Shown here: positions 38,690 to 50,783 of the stretch, piece after piece
Numbering within the stretch: the first letter of the stretch is position 1
Layout of the letters: the number at the start of each line of letters is the position of its first letter
Origin: Monocercomonoides exilis PA203
Lineage: Eukaryota; Protista; Preaxostyla
NCBI GenBank assembly: GCA_001643675.2
Contig: LSRY02000009.1
Coordinates: forward strand, 1,302,001 to 1,366,000
DNA length: 64,000 nucleotides
Reading direction: 5' to 3'
Program-made: the position numbers and the translations under genes
The notes under the pieces: generated by a model
Databases searched by the model: none
The model's input: the letters and a program-made list of their open reading frames with translations, nothing else
What the model was told of the DNA's origin: nothing

Positions 38690-40954
38690 ATGAATATTTC
38701 CAAACCTCAATCAACTCTATATTCTCGATGCAAAGTGTTATGGAATGAAATTAAGCGCATCGGCGGAGATGACGTGGATTCGTTACTTGCCTATTTGTTT
38801 TATTCTGACAGGCAATCATCTTCTGTAATTAACGATTTACTGAAGACATTTAACGGTTTGATTTTTTATTTATTCATGTTTAATATGGAAAATTTCATGA
38901 ACTGTCATTGTTGTAATTTTCTTAACTATTAATTCGATATTTTTTCTCATGAACAGAATATCATATAAAGCTGCTGGAAGACCTGTCTGTGGTGAACAAC
39001 AACGCTCCGTTGCACACTCAGACAACAATGCTACAGGCGCTTTCCCGCAACACATCATTATCCGATTTGCAGGACTACGGATATGATGTTGCAGAAGGAA
39101 AATTTATTTACGCGAAGCAAACCCTAAAGAAAAACCAAGGATTTATCATCCTGCCTCAAAAACCTCATCTTCCGTCTTGCAAAAGTGGTTTGAATTTATT
39201 TGAATTTTTTTGAATAATTTTCTATGTTTATTTCAAACTTAAATGAACAGGAATGGGAAAAGGGCAACAGTTGGATGTTGGCCCATTCAACAGAAGCCTC
39301 CTCTTCTCTCCAATCTGCAAAGAAAATGCAGCGAGCTGAGCAGGATTACGCTCGATATATCGATGAATCTTCTTGGGATGAAGAAATAATTACTGAAAAC
39401 TCTTCTTCAAAGAAAAAACAATCTTCTTCTTCTTCAATATCATTCAAACAAAATAAAAAATCAAATATCGTTTCAGAAAAAAATTCTTCTTTAACAAATT
39501 CTTCACCTTCTCAACCAATTGATGCTCCAATAAGTACTCCAATTAGGAGAGAAAGGGGATCAACAAAAAGAAAAATTGACAAATCATGTCATAAACGTCA
39601 CTCGTCTCCTTCTCCAATTCCAATTCACAAACTATTCAGAACAAAACAAAAATCATCTTCAGCAAATTTCAATTTCAAAATAATTGAAAGAAAAAATAAA
39701 TTCTTCAAATTTTAGAAATGAAAATGTATGGGTGAGCGAGCAATTACTTGAATATGTCATTTCTCCCACTCTAATTCCTCCACAGGCATTTCAAGATCTT
39801 CTGTCTTCATTTTCAAACGAAAGCAACACTTCTCCGTCTCCACACAGAACACATTCAAATGAAAGTTATAATTCAAATTGTAAAAATAATGTGAATATCA
39901 TTTCAAATAATAACACAATGGATTTTCTTCCTGAAATTCAATCTCATTCTCCATCAATTTCTTCAAGTGTCAAAACCACTTCAATCGCTTCATCAAAAAC
40001 AAAGAAAGGATTAAAAAATCTTGGAAATACTTGCTATCTTGCCTCTCTCCTTCAATGCATATCTTCAATCACTTCACAAAAACAATCAATAATTAAAACC
40101 ATTTCAGTTCAAAACAATTTATCTTCTCGAGTATTAAGTGTTTGTCAACAACTTACCAAAGATGGAATGACAGTGCGTTCGTGGATCCCATCGCTTATCA
40201 ACAAATGGGAAGACTTTTGTGGATATGGCAGCAGGCAACAACAGAATGTGATAGAGTCATTTGAAAATCTTCATCAACTTCTTCAAATTAATAAGATATT
40301 TGAAAAGGATACATTCAATCCTGTGCTCATTACTCATTTCAAATGTCAAAAATGTCAAAAAGTTTCTAATCATTTCAATGAAGCCTGCAGTAATGTTATC
40401 ATTAATTCATCATCTCTTCATAAAGGTCTATCTTCTATCTTTTCAACTGAGATATTGAACGGAAAAAATGCTGTCTATTGCAACGATTGCAAAGAGAAAT
40501 GCTGTGCTGCGAGATGGGAGGAAATGGCTGCATTTCCAGAGGTGCTAGCCCTCTGTCATGAATGCACTGATTCTGCTAGTTCAGCACCTTCGAGAACATT
40601 ACAAATGGAAACTGATCGTGCTAACCAGCGCATGTTCTGCAAAGGATTCTCAGAAGAAATTGCTCAACATTTTCAAAAGGATAATCAGGAAACTGTCATT
40701 TACCATCTTATTGGTCAAGTTTTATTTAAACGTTTGGATCAACAAAACGGACATTACATCGCAGTTGTGAAAAGAAAAAGTGGAATCAATAGTTTTTGGA
40801 GTATTTGCAATGATGAAAGTGTTTCTGAATTTGATAGTGACAAATGGAGTTCTTCATGGAATAATCTTCACTCACAAGGTTTCACTCCTTCCCTTTCATT
40901 CTACACAAAAGAAAAAACAAAGCCAACTTTTTCAACAATTCAGTTCGGTGGTTC

Positions 40955-41025
<71 letters not shown>

Positions 41026-42410
41026 TCATCACACCTCCTCATCGTTCAACTACCATTCCTCCACTCTCTTCGTCAATTTCAACAAATTATGGATTGGAAG
41101 CACTGAAAGAAAAAAGAAAGAAAACGGGTATCTTTTCTCCCAACGAGAAAAGATTGATCTTCAAGCCCAAGACGAAATTGTGGAAAGAGTTTTCAGATGA
41201 AACAGACATCAAAGTTTCATTATCTCACTTCTACAAACTCACTTCTAACTTCTCTAAAGCAAAAAGACGAACTGATCTTTGTGGCATGTGTGAGAAGTTG
41301 AACTATTTGGAGAACAAACTCAAATCTTCACAAAACAAAAATGGACTGTCTGAAGCAGAGTTTCATACACTTAAATAACTTCGTCAACATCGTCTTGTTG
41401 CAGAAATGCAACGAAAACATTATCAATCAACTGTTGATAATCTGAAAGAGGGAGAAGCAGTCTTCGTCTTCGACTTTAAAGAAAAATGGAAACTCCCTTT
41501 CAGAAAAAATCAACTTCAACAAGTATTCTTCAATTATCAACAGGTTTCTCAATTCACAATCATCTCTCTTCAAAAAAGAAATAATCATCAAATAAAACGA
41601 ACATTCAACTTCTTCTCCGACTGTCTCTCAAATGATCACAGATTTGTTATTGAGTGTCTGGAATCTGTAATCAAAAGAAACTTCTTCTCACACACTCACA
41701 CTTTTAAGTTCTTCTGCGATTCGGGTCTACACAACCGAAATCGCTTCCTTCTTAACTTCATCCTCTCCAAACAATCCAAACTTCTAAAAATGAAAAACAC
41801 TCAACTCAACTTCTTCGCTGAGCACCATGGAAAAAATATCTGTGATAGTGAATTTGGTGTGTTAGTTAATGCAATTGACAACAATTTATCAAATGAACAC
41901 ATCACCACAATTCATGACTTGATCAACTTCTTCGAAAACAATATGAATAATTCGACATCCACTTCTTCAACTTCACAATCGAACAACTTCTCAACATCAT
42001 CATCAAACTCTTCACCATCTTCGACATCTGTCAATGACTTTGAGAATGAGAGGTACTTTGAAGAATATGAACCATCTCAACAAATCTCATGGCCATCATT
42101 GTCTGTTCCACACATGAAGGACTATTTATACTTTGAACGCAAGGGCTCATTTGTCTGTGCTTCAGCTGTTGGATATCTTCCTCAACGCTCTCTGGTTGCC
42201 CTCGAATCTTCAACAATGAAAGAAAAAGTGCAAAGATCAAGACAGACCTTCAACTCTGATATCACATCATCTAACTCTTCTCTTCTTTCTCAATCTTCTC
42301 AAGATCTTCTTTCAATGAGATTTGAGCTTCTTCTTGACTCTTCTTGGAATAGGTGTATTTATAGCACATTCCAAATCCTTGGATATTCTTTAAAACATTG
42401 TGATATATAA
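38690..42410 (+). mobile_element. Sola-like DDD transposase with an internal ubiquitin-specific protease (C19) domain; intron-containing, one in-frame TAA (41376-41378)
   Basis: USP: KGLKNLGNTCYLASLLQC (Cys 40032), QQQNVIESF, CQKC/CNDC, NGHYIAVVK (His 40752), WSICNDESV. Transposase: KLWKEF..VSLSHFYK..KRRTDLCGMCE..QHRLVAEMQRKHY, then VFDFKEK (D 41472), FFCDSGLHNRN (D 41718), FFAEHHGKNICDSEFG (D 41844). ORFs 39684-41378 and 41406-42410 are in the same frame. Confidence 0.85.
40956..41024 (+). repeat. (TCA)23 microsatellite encoding the poly-Ser linker between the USP and transposase domains
   Basis: Directly visible and in frame. Confidence 0.95.
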
Positions 42411-43180
42411 AAAGTTTATTTAATTATAAAACATTTGTATGGACTGGAATTTTGAAATTCTTTTTGATCCTTGAGAAAAAACAATTTTTACAAATCACCC
42501 ATAAACACTGGTATTTTTCTTATAAAAATGATAAAATGAGATAATTTTAAAATAATAAGCAGCTGTGAGGTCATTTATTATTATATACTCTTATTTTATT
42601 TATGATTTTTCAAAAAATAAAACATTTTAAAAAATTAATTAAAAAATTAAAATATTTTGATCAATCCCACAATTATATTTTTAATATCCAAAAAATAAGA
42701 AATTACTTTCTTTCGTCAAGAATTGAACCCCAGCTTGTAAATCTGAGACAAATCAAATGTATGGAAATATTATAAAAGTGTGCACTGTATGATTATTAGC
42801 ATTTCATTCAATTCTTTATTATTTTTGATTATGATTTTTAGGAAGATTATTTTCACGCAGTTTGAGGATGTTTATATTGCACAATGATGATCATGAACAA
42901 AGAAGCTTTGTTGATGCCATGAAAGTATGAATTTCATATAAATTAACTTATTTATAGAATATTTTTACGAATTGCATCATATTTTTATTAATTTTTCACT
43001 GAATCAATGCAGTATGTTAATTACAAGAAGATATCTATAGAAGCAACAACTACTGCACAAATGTGAATGATGGAATGCGTTTTGCAACAAAGGAAAGAGG
43101 GTTTCTTGATTTCACATTGGTGGGAATGAAATTCAATGCAAACACAGCAAAAGTGGGGAATGATATTTTCATTGAATGTT
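42349..43180. repeat. Left arm of an 832-bp near-identical inverted repeat (partner 50666-51497)
   Basis: ATAGGTGTATTTATAGCAC... to ...GATATTTTCATTGAATGTT is the reverse complement of 50666-51497, with few substitutions and no net indel. Confidence 0.95.
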
Positions 43181-43379
43181 ATTACATCACATGCAAGATT
43201 AACATGTGCAGAGTCAAAATTCCTTGAGTTCATCATATAAACATTCTCATCTAATTTAATACATATTTGATGTTCAAATATCAAAGCATATTATTCAACA
43301 TACATTGAGAACAACATCAGGTGGAAGTTGCATGTTGCAAGGGGGCAGTTTTATAGGGCCAGCATTTGTCTAATTACTA

Positions 43380-44567
43380 TTGGTGATAGCTTTCTCAGAT
43401 TTATATGAGAGCAACAACTTTTCTAACGTTGTGAACACTGGAAGCGATGAAGGAGGTGTTGCAAAAGTGATATTGAAAGGGAATGATGATTTGATCATTA
43501 ATTCAACTAATGCATCATCTTGCTCACTTTCAGCAGGGAGTGGGAAAGGAGGATTCTTGTATCTGGATTGTGAAAACTATTTGAATGAACAGCCATTTGT
43601 TTTTGATGCTGGTATAACTTTTGAGAACAACAAAGCAGCCATTGGAAAGAATGTGTTCATTTTGGAAAAGGATTCTAATTCTTCTGTGACAACTGAAGCA
43701 TTCAGATTTGATCACTCATCAATGAAAGAAGATAACAATTTGTTTGTTGGAAGCGACAACTTTCATCAAGAAAAGGATTTGTTCATGTTCCTCATTCCAT
43801 ACAGTTCACCTGAGATATTTATCTCATCGAGTGGATTTGATGTTGCACGTTGTGGAAGTGAAAAAGAACCATGTTTCACAATGTGGAAAGGGATGGAAAA
43901 TATGGAAAAGGAGGAGAATGCTGCTATTAGTGTTAGGGTTTTGATGATTTTTGACTTTCAGATTGGAGGTGAAGAAAGCGAGGTAGGAAGTGGATCTTTG
44001 GTAGTTTATACGTGGATTAGGAGAGTGAAAGGCAGAGAAACACAAATGGATAGCGTTATTATGAGAGTTATCATGTTTTATGCAGGAGTGATTCTGAGGG
44101 AAAAGAAATGAGTGATTGTTGGAGAGAAACGATCAAAGATGGAGATTAGTTGGAGAAGGATTGACAGATGGGAGAAGGAATTGGGAAGCGCTGTTGATGA
44201 GAAGCGAGGGAATAGATGCAAAGCAGGAAACGATTCGATATTTTCAATGTGCATAAGTGAATATGTGAATGGAGGGGCATTGAAGCGTGAGGTTGCAGAA
44301 GGCCTAGTGGTTGTTGTTGAGAACAGCACATTTGAAGGATGCTCGGTAAGAGGGAGTGAAGAAAAAGGAGGAGAGATTTTCATAAGTGCTGATGGGAAGA
44401 GCAGGGCAGATTGCTTTGGGGTAAATGAATGTGTGCTCGAGAGGAATAGGGCAGGTGAAGGGAAAGACGTGTATGCGGTCTGTGAGGATTTGAAAGCATC
44501 AATTCTTTTGAAACGGTTTGAGATAGAGCTTGTGGGCAAGGATGGGGAGGATAAAGTGGAGCTGTGA
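43380..44567 (+). pseudogene. Decayed fragments of the Pmp-like surface protein family
   Basis: GKGGFLYL, FENNKAAIGKNVFI, DVARCGSEKEPCFTM, KGGEIFI, NRAGEGKDVY; interrupted. Confidence 0.7.
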
Positions 44568-45673
44568 GGGAAAGATAATGGAAGATTTTCAAGTGAGAGT
44601 GTTGATTTGCTTCTGTTTCTGGTGAAGTTCAGTGAAGATGAATTCCGTGGATCGAAGATGAACAGTTCGAATTTAAGGCAGAGAGTGGAATTGTGAAATG
44701 AGTGAGTGAAAAGATGAAGAAAACAAGTATTTTGAAGATGCTTGCAAATGGACAAAATTTGGAATTGAGAAAAGAAGGTTGAAAGGTGAATGTTTCAAAT
44801 TCAATATATGAGTGTAAAGAGATAGGTGTTGTTTGATGTGAATGTTTGCTCATCCACTGAACAAGATTATGAATATGTTTGATTCCTTTGTTCGTTTGGC
44901 GTTATTTGAGAAAGTATTATTTTTTATAATTTTTCCATTCGTTGTTGAAGAGAGCTAGAAAGTGATTAGTGTATTGTGTGATGAATGTTGAGCATGGGGG
45001 AGAAATGGAGATTGAACTGACTTGAAAGGAGAATGATGTGTTGAGAAGTGCAGCTGCAGGAGGATGTGGTTGAAATGTGAATGAAAAAATAGAATGAATG
45101 TGTATGCGTGTGGAAGTTTGAGAAATATAAACAGTTTCAGGAGAGGAATATCAAAGAACAATGTTTAAAGGAGAACTGATTTGAGTTGTGTTTGTGAAAG
45201 GAACAGTGCATGGAAGTTGTGGAATAACTATCTGTGTTGTTTGAGGAAGTGTGTGGAGTTGGAGAGTGATGTGGATACAGGTAAAAAGGAACTGGAAAAG
45301 AAAAAAAGGAGAGTGAAGTTTGTGAAGTGTGACGATGAGGCGAAACTTAATACAATTTATAGAAAGATGATGGTTATTTTGGGAAGAATTTGATTTCCAG
45401 TTTGTTTTCTGAAACAACAACAATCATGTTGTTTGTGAATGAGAAAATTGTGGTTGAGTGATTGTATTCAATCTGATTGTTATTGTAATATGGATATTCA
45501 AATAGAATAATTGAATTTCAGTACAATAAATGCAATTCCAACAATTAGCGAAGAATCTTTCCACATGTTTTGACAAATTTGATGATAAACAAAAAAAGAT
45601 AATTTGTAATTTAATTGCATTGTTTAAACATCGTTTAAAAGTGATGTGAAATAAAGTGTTGTGATATATTCAT

Positions 45674-47202
45674 CTACAAACGGATAGGATATTGCTCCGT
45701 TCCTATGTCTTTTGATTTGATGAAGCTTCTGAGTATTGGCTTATTTTCAATTTCATGTTTCTTTTCTTTTTCTTTTTTCTCCATCTCCTCAATTTTTGTT
45801 TCCTTTTTTTCACAAAACATTTTTGATTCAAGAATTAAAGTTTCAATCTGTTGATTCCCAATAATTTTCACAAATCTACCATTTTTTGATCTGTTTCTAA
45901 TATTTCTTTTTTTTCTTACAGTCTTTGTTTCTAAATCTGAGATAGTTTCTTCTTTCTCTTCTTTCTCTTCTTTTTCTTCTTTCTCTTCTTTTTCTTCTTT
46001 TTCTTCTTTCTCTTCTTTCTCTTCTTTCTCTTCTTTCTCTTCTTTCTCTTCTTCATCTTCAATTTTTCTTCTTTTGAAATTCTCTGTTATATTTGTTTCA
46101 ATCAATTTCTTTGATAATCTTTTTTTTTCAATACTTCATCCAGCTCACTTTCATCAGCCATTTCATAGTTTCTTCTTTTTTTCATTTCCTGTTTTTTCAA
46201 ATAGTAAGATGATAATTTGAATTTTCTTTCTTTATTCAAAACGCTTATCATATTTGAAGCACTTTCGTCGTAGGCACGTAAAAAAACATCCAAACTTCTC
46301 TTGTCAATTTTTGATAATTCTTTCATGAATGAGATTGGAGTGAGTCGATTATTTTATCTAAATTGAAACTCGTAAACATATTCCTTTGTTTTCATATATG
46401 TTCTCCCTCGTTTTGGAATATGATTTTTCAAATGAGACCAGATACCTTCAATGGTCTGTGTGTAAACCTTTGGATTTTCCGGTTTGACAAAATTTAGAGT
46501 ATGATTAACGCTGTCTATTGTGAAACCATGCTCACTAATGCAATTGTTAGCTGACCATTTATCAGACATGATAGTTGCTGATCTTTCAATGTTTTTTTTA
46601 ACGAAATATAAAATTGTGTCTGCTTTTCTATCAGGAAGAAATTCAACAATTAGTTTTTGAGGCTTTCCTTTTTCCTTTCTTTCAATAACACCCCATAACC
46701 ACTGCTGTTCTTTGCATCTCCCAACTCCATTTTTTCTTTTGTGAATCAAAGTTTCATCTATTTCAACTATGCGATTGTCTCCGACTTTTTCCATTTTGCT
46801 GGTTTCAAAAAAGCAGCATATTCTTCTCATCTTTTCATTAAATTTCACAACAATTTTGTTTGTAACATTCAGCTCGAAAGTAACTTCCTTTATTGAATGC
46901 TTGTAACAAAAATGATATTATAGAGATGCAATTTTCAAAGGTGATAAGTGAAATTCCATGAATATCGAATCATTACTCCAACTATAAATTCTTCCACATT
47001 TTGAACATCTGTATGCATAGTAATCAATTTCTTTTCTGTACAGTTTCAGCTCCATCGTTCTGTTGCATTTCCAACATTTCCTATTTCTTTTTATCAATCC
47101 GTATTTAGATAGCAATTCAACTGCAAGATGATTTTTGTTGTTTGATTGAATAATAAACTCGCTGAAAGTTAATTCTTTTTCCAATAAGTCGTTCTCACTC
47201 AT
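45674..47202 (-). mobile_element. Merlin / IS1595 (ISXO2-like) DDE transposase pseudogene
   Basis: N-terminal Zn ribbon CWKC..YRCSKC..SIF, then catalytic blocks IVEIDETL, QWLWGVIER, TIMSDKWSA, SVNHTLNFVKP, YTQTIEGIWSHLK and YVYEFQFR. ORFs 46918-47202, 46354-46848 and 46102-46326 are one frame split by two TAA. A frameshift at an A-run (~46120-46128) leads into a tail with (EEK)n repeats. Confidence 0.9.
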
Positions 47203-47891
47203 GTATTTGATATAATTGTTCTGCAGATGATCAAAAATTTAAAAATTTTGATATTTATAATGGAAAATTTAAAAAAAAACATACATTTGGAATTTGATTT
47301 TTAACTTCTTTTTGACATAAAAAACAAATATTTTTTGAAGAATAATTTGCATAATTTTTTTCATGGTCAATATACAAAAAAAAACTCAAATAAATAATCA
47401 AAAACAAATATAATCACAGCTTTGTTTTAACTTATAAAAATAATGAATGCAAAATTTCAAAGAGTTAATTCTGTGTGATTATTTCGTTCATTTATTAAAA
47501 AGTTTGAATTTGTTTTCTATTTCGTTTAATTTCAATTGTTCACTCATCACTGCATTCTCATTTTTTCCAAACATACAAATATACATTGGAATCAAATTTT
47601 CTTTTGTTTCGCATAATCATTCTGGTCTTTCTCCTAAAGAATTGTTTGGAAAGAACTTTTTCATCTCTCCATTTTTCCATCCGCACTCGATGCATATGAA
47701 AATACTCGTGTAATGAATTCTTGCTTAAAGACTCTGTCTCAACTGTTGTTGAATGAATCATCATCAAAAGAATTGTTTCCAATGGAATGTGCTTAAATAA
47801 TGCCCGATTCACATCCATCATCATATCACTTACTTCCTCATTCGGTGTGTGGTTTCCACATCTTTCTCAACCCCACCACCACACTCTCTCC

Positions 47892-50783
47892 TCACACAAT
47901 CATGCTTTCAGCCACAATTTTCACTTCAAACTCCCCGAACGGGGTCTGGAGTGTCAGGCACTCCCACAGCATCATCCCGATCGAGAATGCCACTGACTCT
48001 TTTGTTGCTCCCATCTTCTTGTTCATTTGCAGCTCTGGCGCCTTCCACCTCAAACACTCTTTTTTGAACATATCCTCATCTTCAAACGCTGATGAAGGCA
48101 GAGAGTCTTCATCATCATCATCGCAGGCAGAAGTCACAACAGTCGACGAAGAGATGGATGAGGAATCTGAGTCATCATCAGATAATAAGTCAGAATGTAT
48201 CACAATGCAGATCACCATATGCTCGGAGAACAGCACAATGTGAGGACTGAGATTTGCAAGCGATGAGAGAGGATTTTCCATTTCATCAAAGGAGTGAAGA
48301 GCGAGATTGGTCACCCAGAACAGGATTTGGGTAGCTGTTTGCTCCCTCTCCTTCAGAGTTCCTATTGCCATTTCTTTCTTCTCATTTCTTCCATGCAACA
48401 GCATGAACAAAGAATCCCTCAGATCCACAATCAGCTTCTCGTGAGGCGATGAGCAGGCCATTGCATCGACAAGATTCGACATTGACGAGGTGGTTGGACA
48501 CAGATCTTCCCCACGAACAAAAGTGGATTCTGTGTCTGACGTGTTTGTTGTTGAAGTGGATGAAATGGATGGAGAAGGTGTTCGCTTCCTTATCTCTTCC
48601 TCATCATCAACCTTCTCCAGCATCCATTCAGGGATCTTGTCTGAATCTTTTCCCAGAATGTATTCTGTGGAACCACTCTCACTCAGCAAATGCTCTGATG
48701 ACTCCGAATATCCCAAGCTTTCTTCATATTCTCTCTTCTTTATCCTCTCTTCATTCTTCTTCTCCTCCTCTTTCTCAGCTCTCCGCCACTGCTCCTCGGG
48801 TGACATCTCCATCGTCACCATCTCGAATGCCTTCGGATCCTTCTTCGCTGTGTCATTCACAATCACTTCCAGCTCTTCTGTCCTTCTCTTTTGCTTTCTC
48901 CACCTGATAGTCACAGCAACAATTATCAACAACAAGATGATAAATACAATGCAAGAAACGACAATTATAGTCCACAATGAACTCGACAGGTTTCCTCCTT
49001 TCACAATGTTTCCATCTCCTTTTTGTTCAAATACAGTTGAATTCTTCAAAATGAATGATTTCGTTGATGATGGAGATTCTGCATTCCCAAATAAAATATG
49101 CACATTCACTTCAATTTCATTTCCACAACTGTTGATGAGATCCTTTGCAACACTCCCTTCAACTTCTCTTTCTGATAAAAACTTATTTGAATCAAAATTA
49201 TGTTTTTCAATCTCTTTCTCTTCTCCCTTCCTCTTCACAACTGAGAATGACAGATTGCATGGAATAAGAAGCAATCCTTTGAATGCCAGCTTCATTCTGT
49301 CTGCCTGTTCTTTTGTTTCTACACTCTCCAGAACTGGAATGAAAAATGATGAATCCCTTTCTGAAACAATCCCTTCAAAACTGCACCCTTCATTCAGAAT
49401 CCAAAGTGAAGTATTTCTTTCCATTCCATCTCCTCCTTTCAAACTTCTCACATCCAATGTTCCTGAATCTGAACAGATGATATTTCTTCGAGCTGATGGA
49501 TATCCTTCAATTGATGGATTGTTGTTCTCAAATAACCCCATCTCAATGTTCACATTTCCTCCACTCATTGTGACTCCACCTTCTGGTGAATTCGATATTG
49601 TTGTGTCTTTCATCATCACTGAACTCTTCACAACATTCACAAGAGATCCATCCCATCTGCACATCTCTTCTTCTGTATTCAAATTCTTCTCATTTCTTTC
49701 CTTTAAACTTCCATCAAAAATGCAACTGTCCATTTTAACATCCAAACAATTCTCAAATTTCATCAATTTTCCTTTTGCTTTGTTTGAACTGACTCCGCCT
49801 GTTGTGCAATTTGCCAACTGAATTGTCTTTTTCATGGAAAAGCAAGATATCAATGATTCTTTATTTCCTTCAACAGAAATATTTTCTGAATGAAACTTTT
49901 CCATATTTAATTGCCCACATTCTTTCATTTCAACAAGCGAATGAGAAACTGTTGAATTGAAAATCGTTAATGAATCAATTACTGATGAAAGTGGTGATGA
50001 AAGATAAAATGCTGATTCTTGAAGAATGAGATTTGATATTCTGCATCCATCAAGTTGTAATACTCCTTTTTCCATATTGATAATGTGATATGGAATATTT
50101 GCAAATTCTTCATTAACTCCTTCTGTCAATTGTTTTGTTGTGAATGAACAATTCATCACTTCAAGAATCCCTCCTTCTGGTGATATTAATGATTCATGTT
50201 GAGAAATGAAATTCGAATCAAACACAAAGTTCACTCTCACCAACGAGACTGTTCCTGTTGTTGTTATCAATGCTTCTCTTGTCCTTTCAATATCTGTTTC
50301 AACTTCAGCTTTGCAAACTTCTCTGCTCTTCGAACTCAGACTCATCTCCTCCAGTTCTATCTCTTCCTCAATTACACTCTTGGTGTCAACATACAACAGA
50401 CTCACATATTCCGAAGTCAGATGCATCAGCCCATGATCAATTGAATAACATGGAAGTGTGTTGGTTCCACATTGCTTCTCGTTAGATCCGTTCACACTGC
50501 TCACAATGATCGTGTCACTCTGGTGGATCGTCACAAACCCAGTCAGATCTGTATCGTTTGCGTGATCACACTCATCTCTCCCATATATCGCATTACTGCG
50601 ATTGTGATGACCTTCTCGGAAATCAAATTGAAATTGCATTTCATTGATCTGCGATGTGATGTTGAAACATTCAATGAAAATATCATTCCCCACTTTTGCT
50701 GTGTTTGAACTGAATTTCATTCCCACCAATGTGAAATCAAGAAACCCTCTTTCCTTTGTTGCAAAACGCATTCCATCATTCAC
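47892..50783 (-). CDS. 5'-truncated receptor-like membrane protein: beta-helix-like ectodomain, TM helix, degenerate protein-kinase C-lobe
   Basis: 963-aa ORF with QCGTNTLPCYSI, TM LWTIIVVSCIVFIILLLIIVAVTI then RWRKQKRR. Kinase subdomains VIII-IX (LRWKAPEL..SVAFSIGMMLWECLTLQTPF) are present, but there is no GxGxxG, HRD or DFG. The 5' end falls inside the inverted repeat. Confidence 0.75.
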   Translation of the reverse strand: MNDGMRFATKERGFLDFTLVGMKFSSNTAKVGNDIFIECFNITSQINEMQFQFDFREGHHNRSNAIYGRDECDHANDTDLTGFVTIHQSDTIIVSSVNGSNEKQCGTNTLPCYSIDHGLMHLTSEYVSLLYVDTKSVIEEEIELEEMSLSSKSREVCKAEVETDIERTREALITTTGTVSLVRVNFVFDSNFISQHESLISPEGGILEVMNCSFTTKQLTEGVNEEFANIPYHIINMEKGVLQLDGCRISNLILQESAFYLSSPLSSVIDSLTIFNSTVSHSLVEMKECGQLNMEKFHSENISVEGNKESLISCFSMKKTIQLANCTTGGVSSNKAKGKLMKFENCLDVKMDSCIFDGSLKERNEKNLNTEEEMCRWDGSLVNVVKSSVMMKDTTISNSPEGGVTMSGGNVNIEMGLFENNNPSIEGYPSARRNIICSDSGTLDVRSLKGGDGMERNTSLWILNEGCSFEGIVSERDSSFFIPVLESVETKEQADRMKLAFKGLLLIPCNLSFSVVKRKGEEKEIEKHNFDSNKFLSEREVEGSVAKDLINSCGNEIEVNVHILFGNAESPSSTKSFILKNSTVFEQKGDGNIVKGGNLSSSLWTIIVVSCIVFIILLLIIVAVTIRWRKQKRRTEELEVIVNDTAKKDPKAFEMVTMEMSPEEQWRRAEKEEEKKNEERIKKREYEESLGYSESSEHLLSESGSTEYILGKDSDKIPEWMLEKVDDEEEIRKRTPSPSISSTSTTNTSDTESTFVRGEDLCPTTSSMSNLVDAMACSSPHEKLIVDLRDSLFMLLHGRNEKKEMAIGTLKEREQTATQILFWVTNLALHSFDEMENPLSSLANLSPHIVLFSEHMVICIVIHSDLLSDDDSDSSSISSSTVVTSACDDDDEDSLPSSAFEDEDMFKKECLRWKAPELQMNKKMGATKESVAFSIGMMLWECLTLQTPFGEFEVKIVAESMIV

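Noticed and set aside
41376-41378. In-frame TAA/TAG in several ORFs (41376, 46918, 46354, 16423) suggesting TAR=Gln recoding as in some oxymonads
   Set aside because: Long Gln-containing ORFs (963, 564 and 464 aa) have no internal TAR at all, which would be very unlikely under that code in AT-rich DNA. Isolated nonsense mutations explain them.
48490-49821. 443-aa plus-strand ORF (and similar shadow ORFs such as 32497-33561 and 25383-26342)
   Set aside because: These are antisense shadows of real genes or low-complexity tracts, with no independent domain signal.
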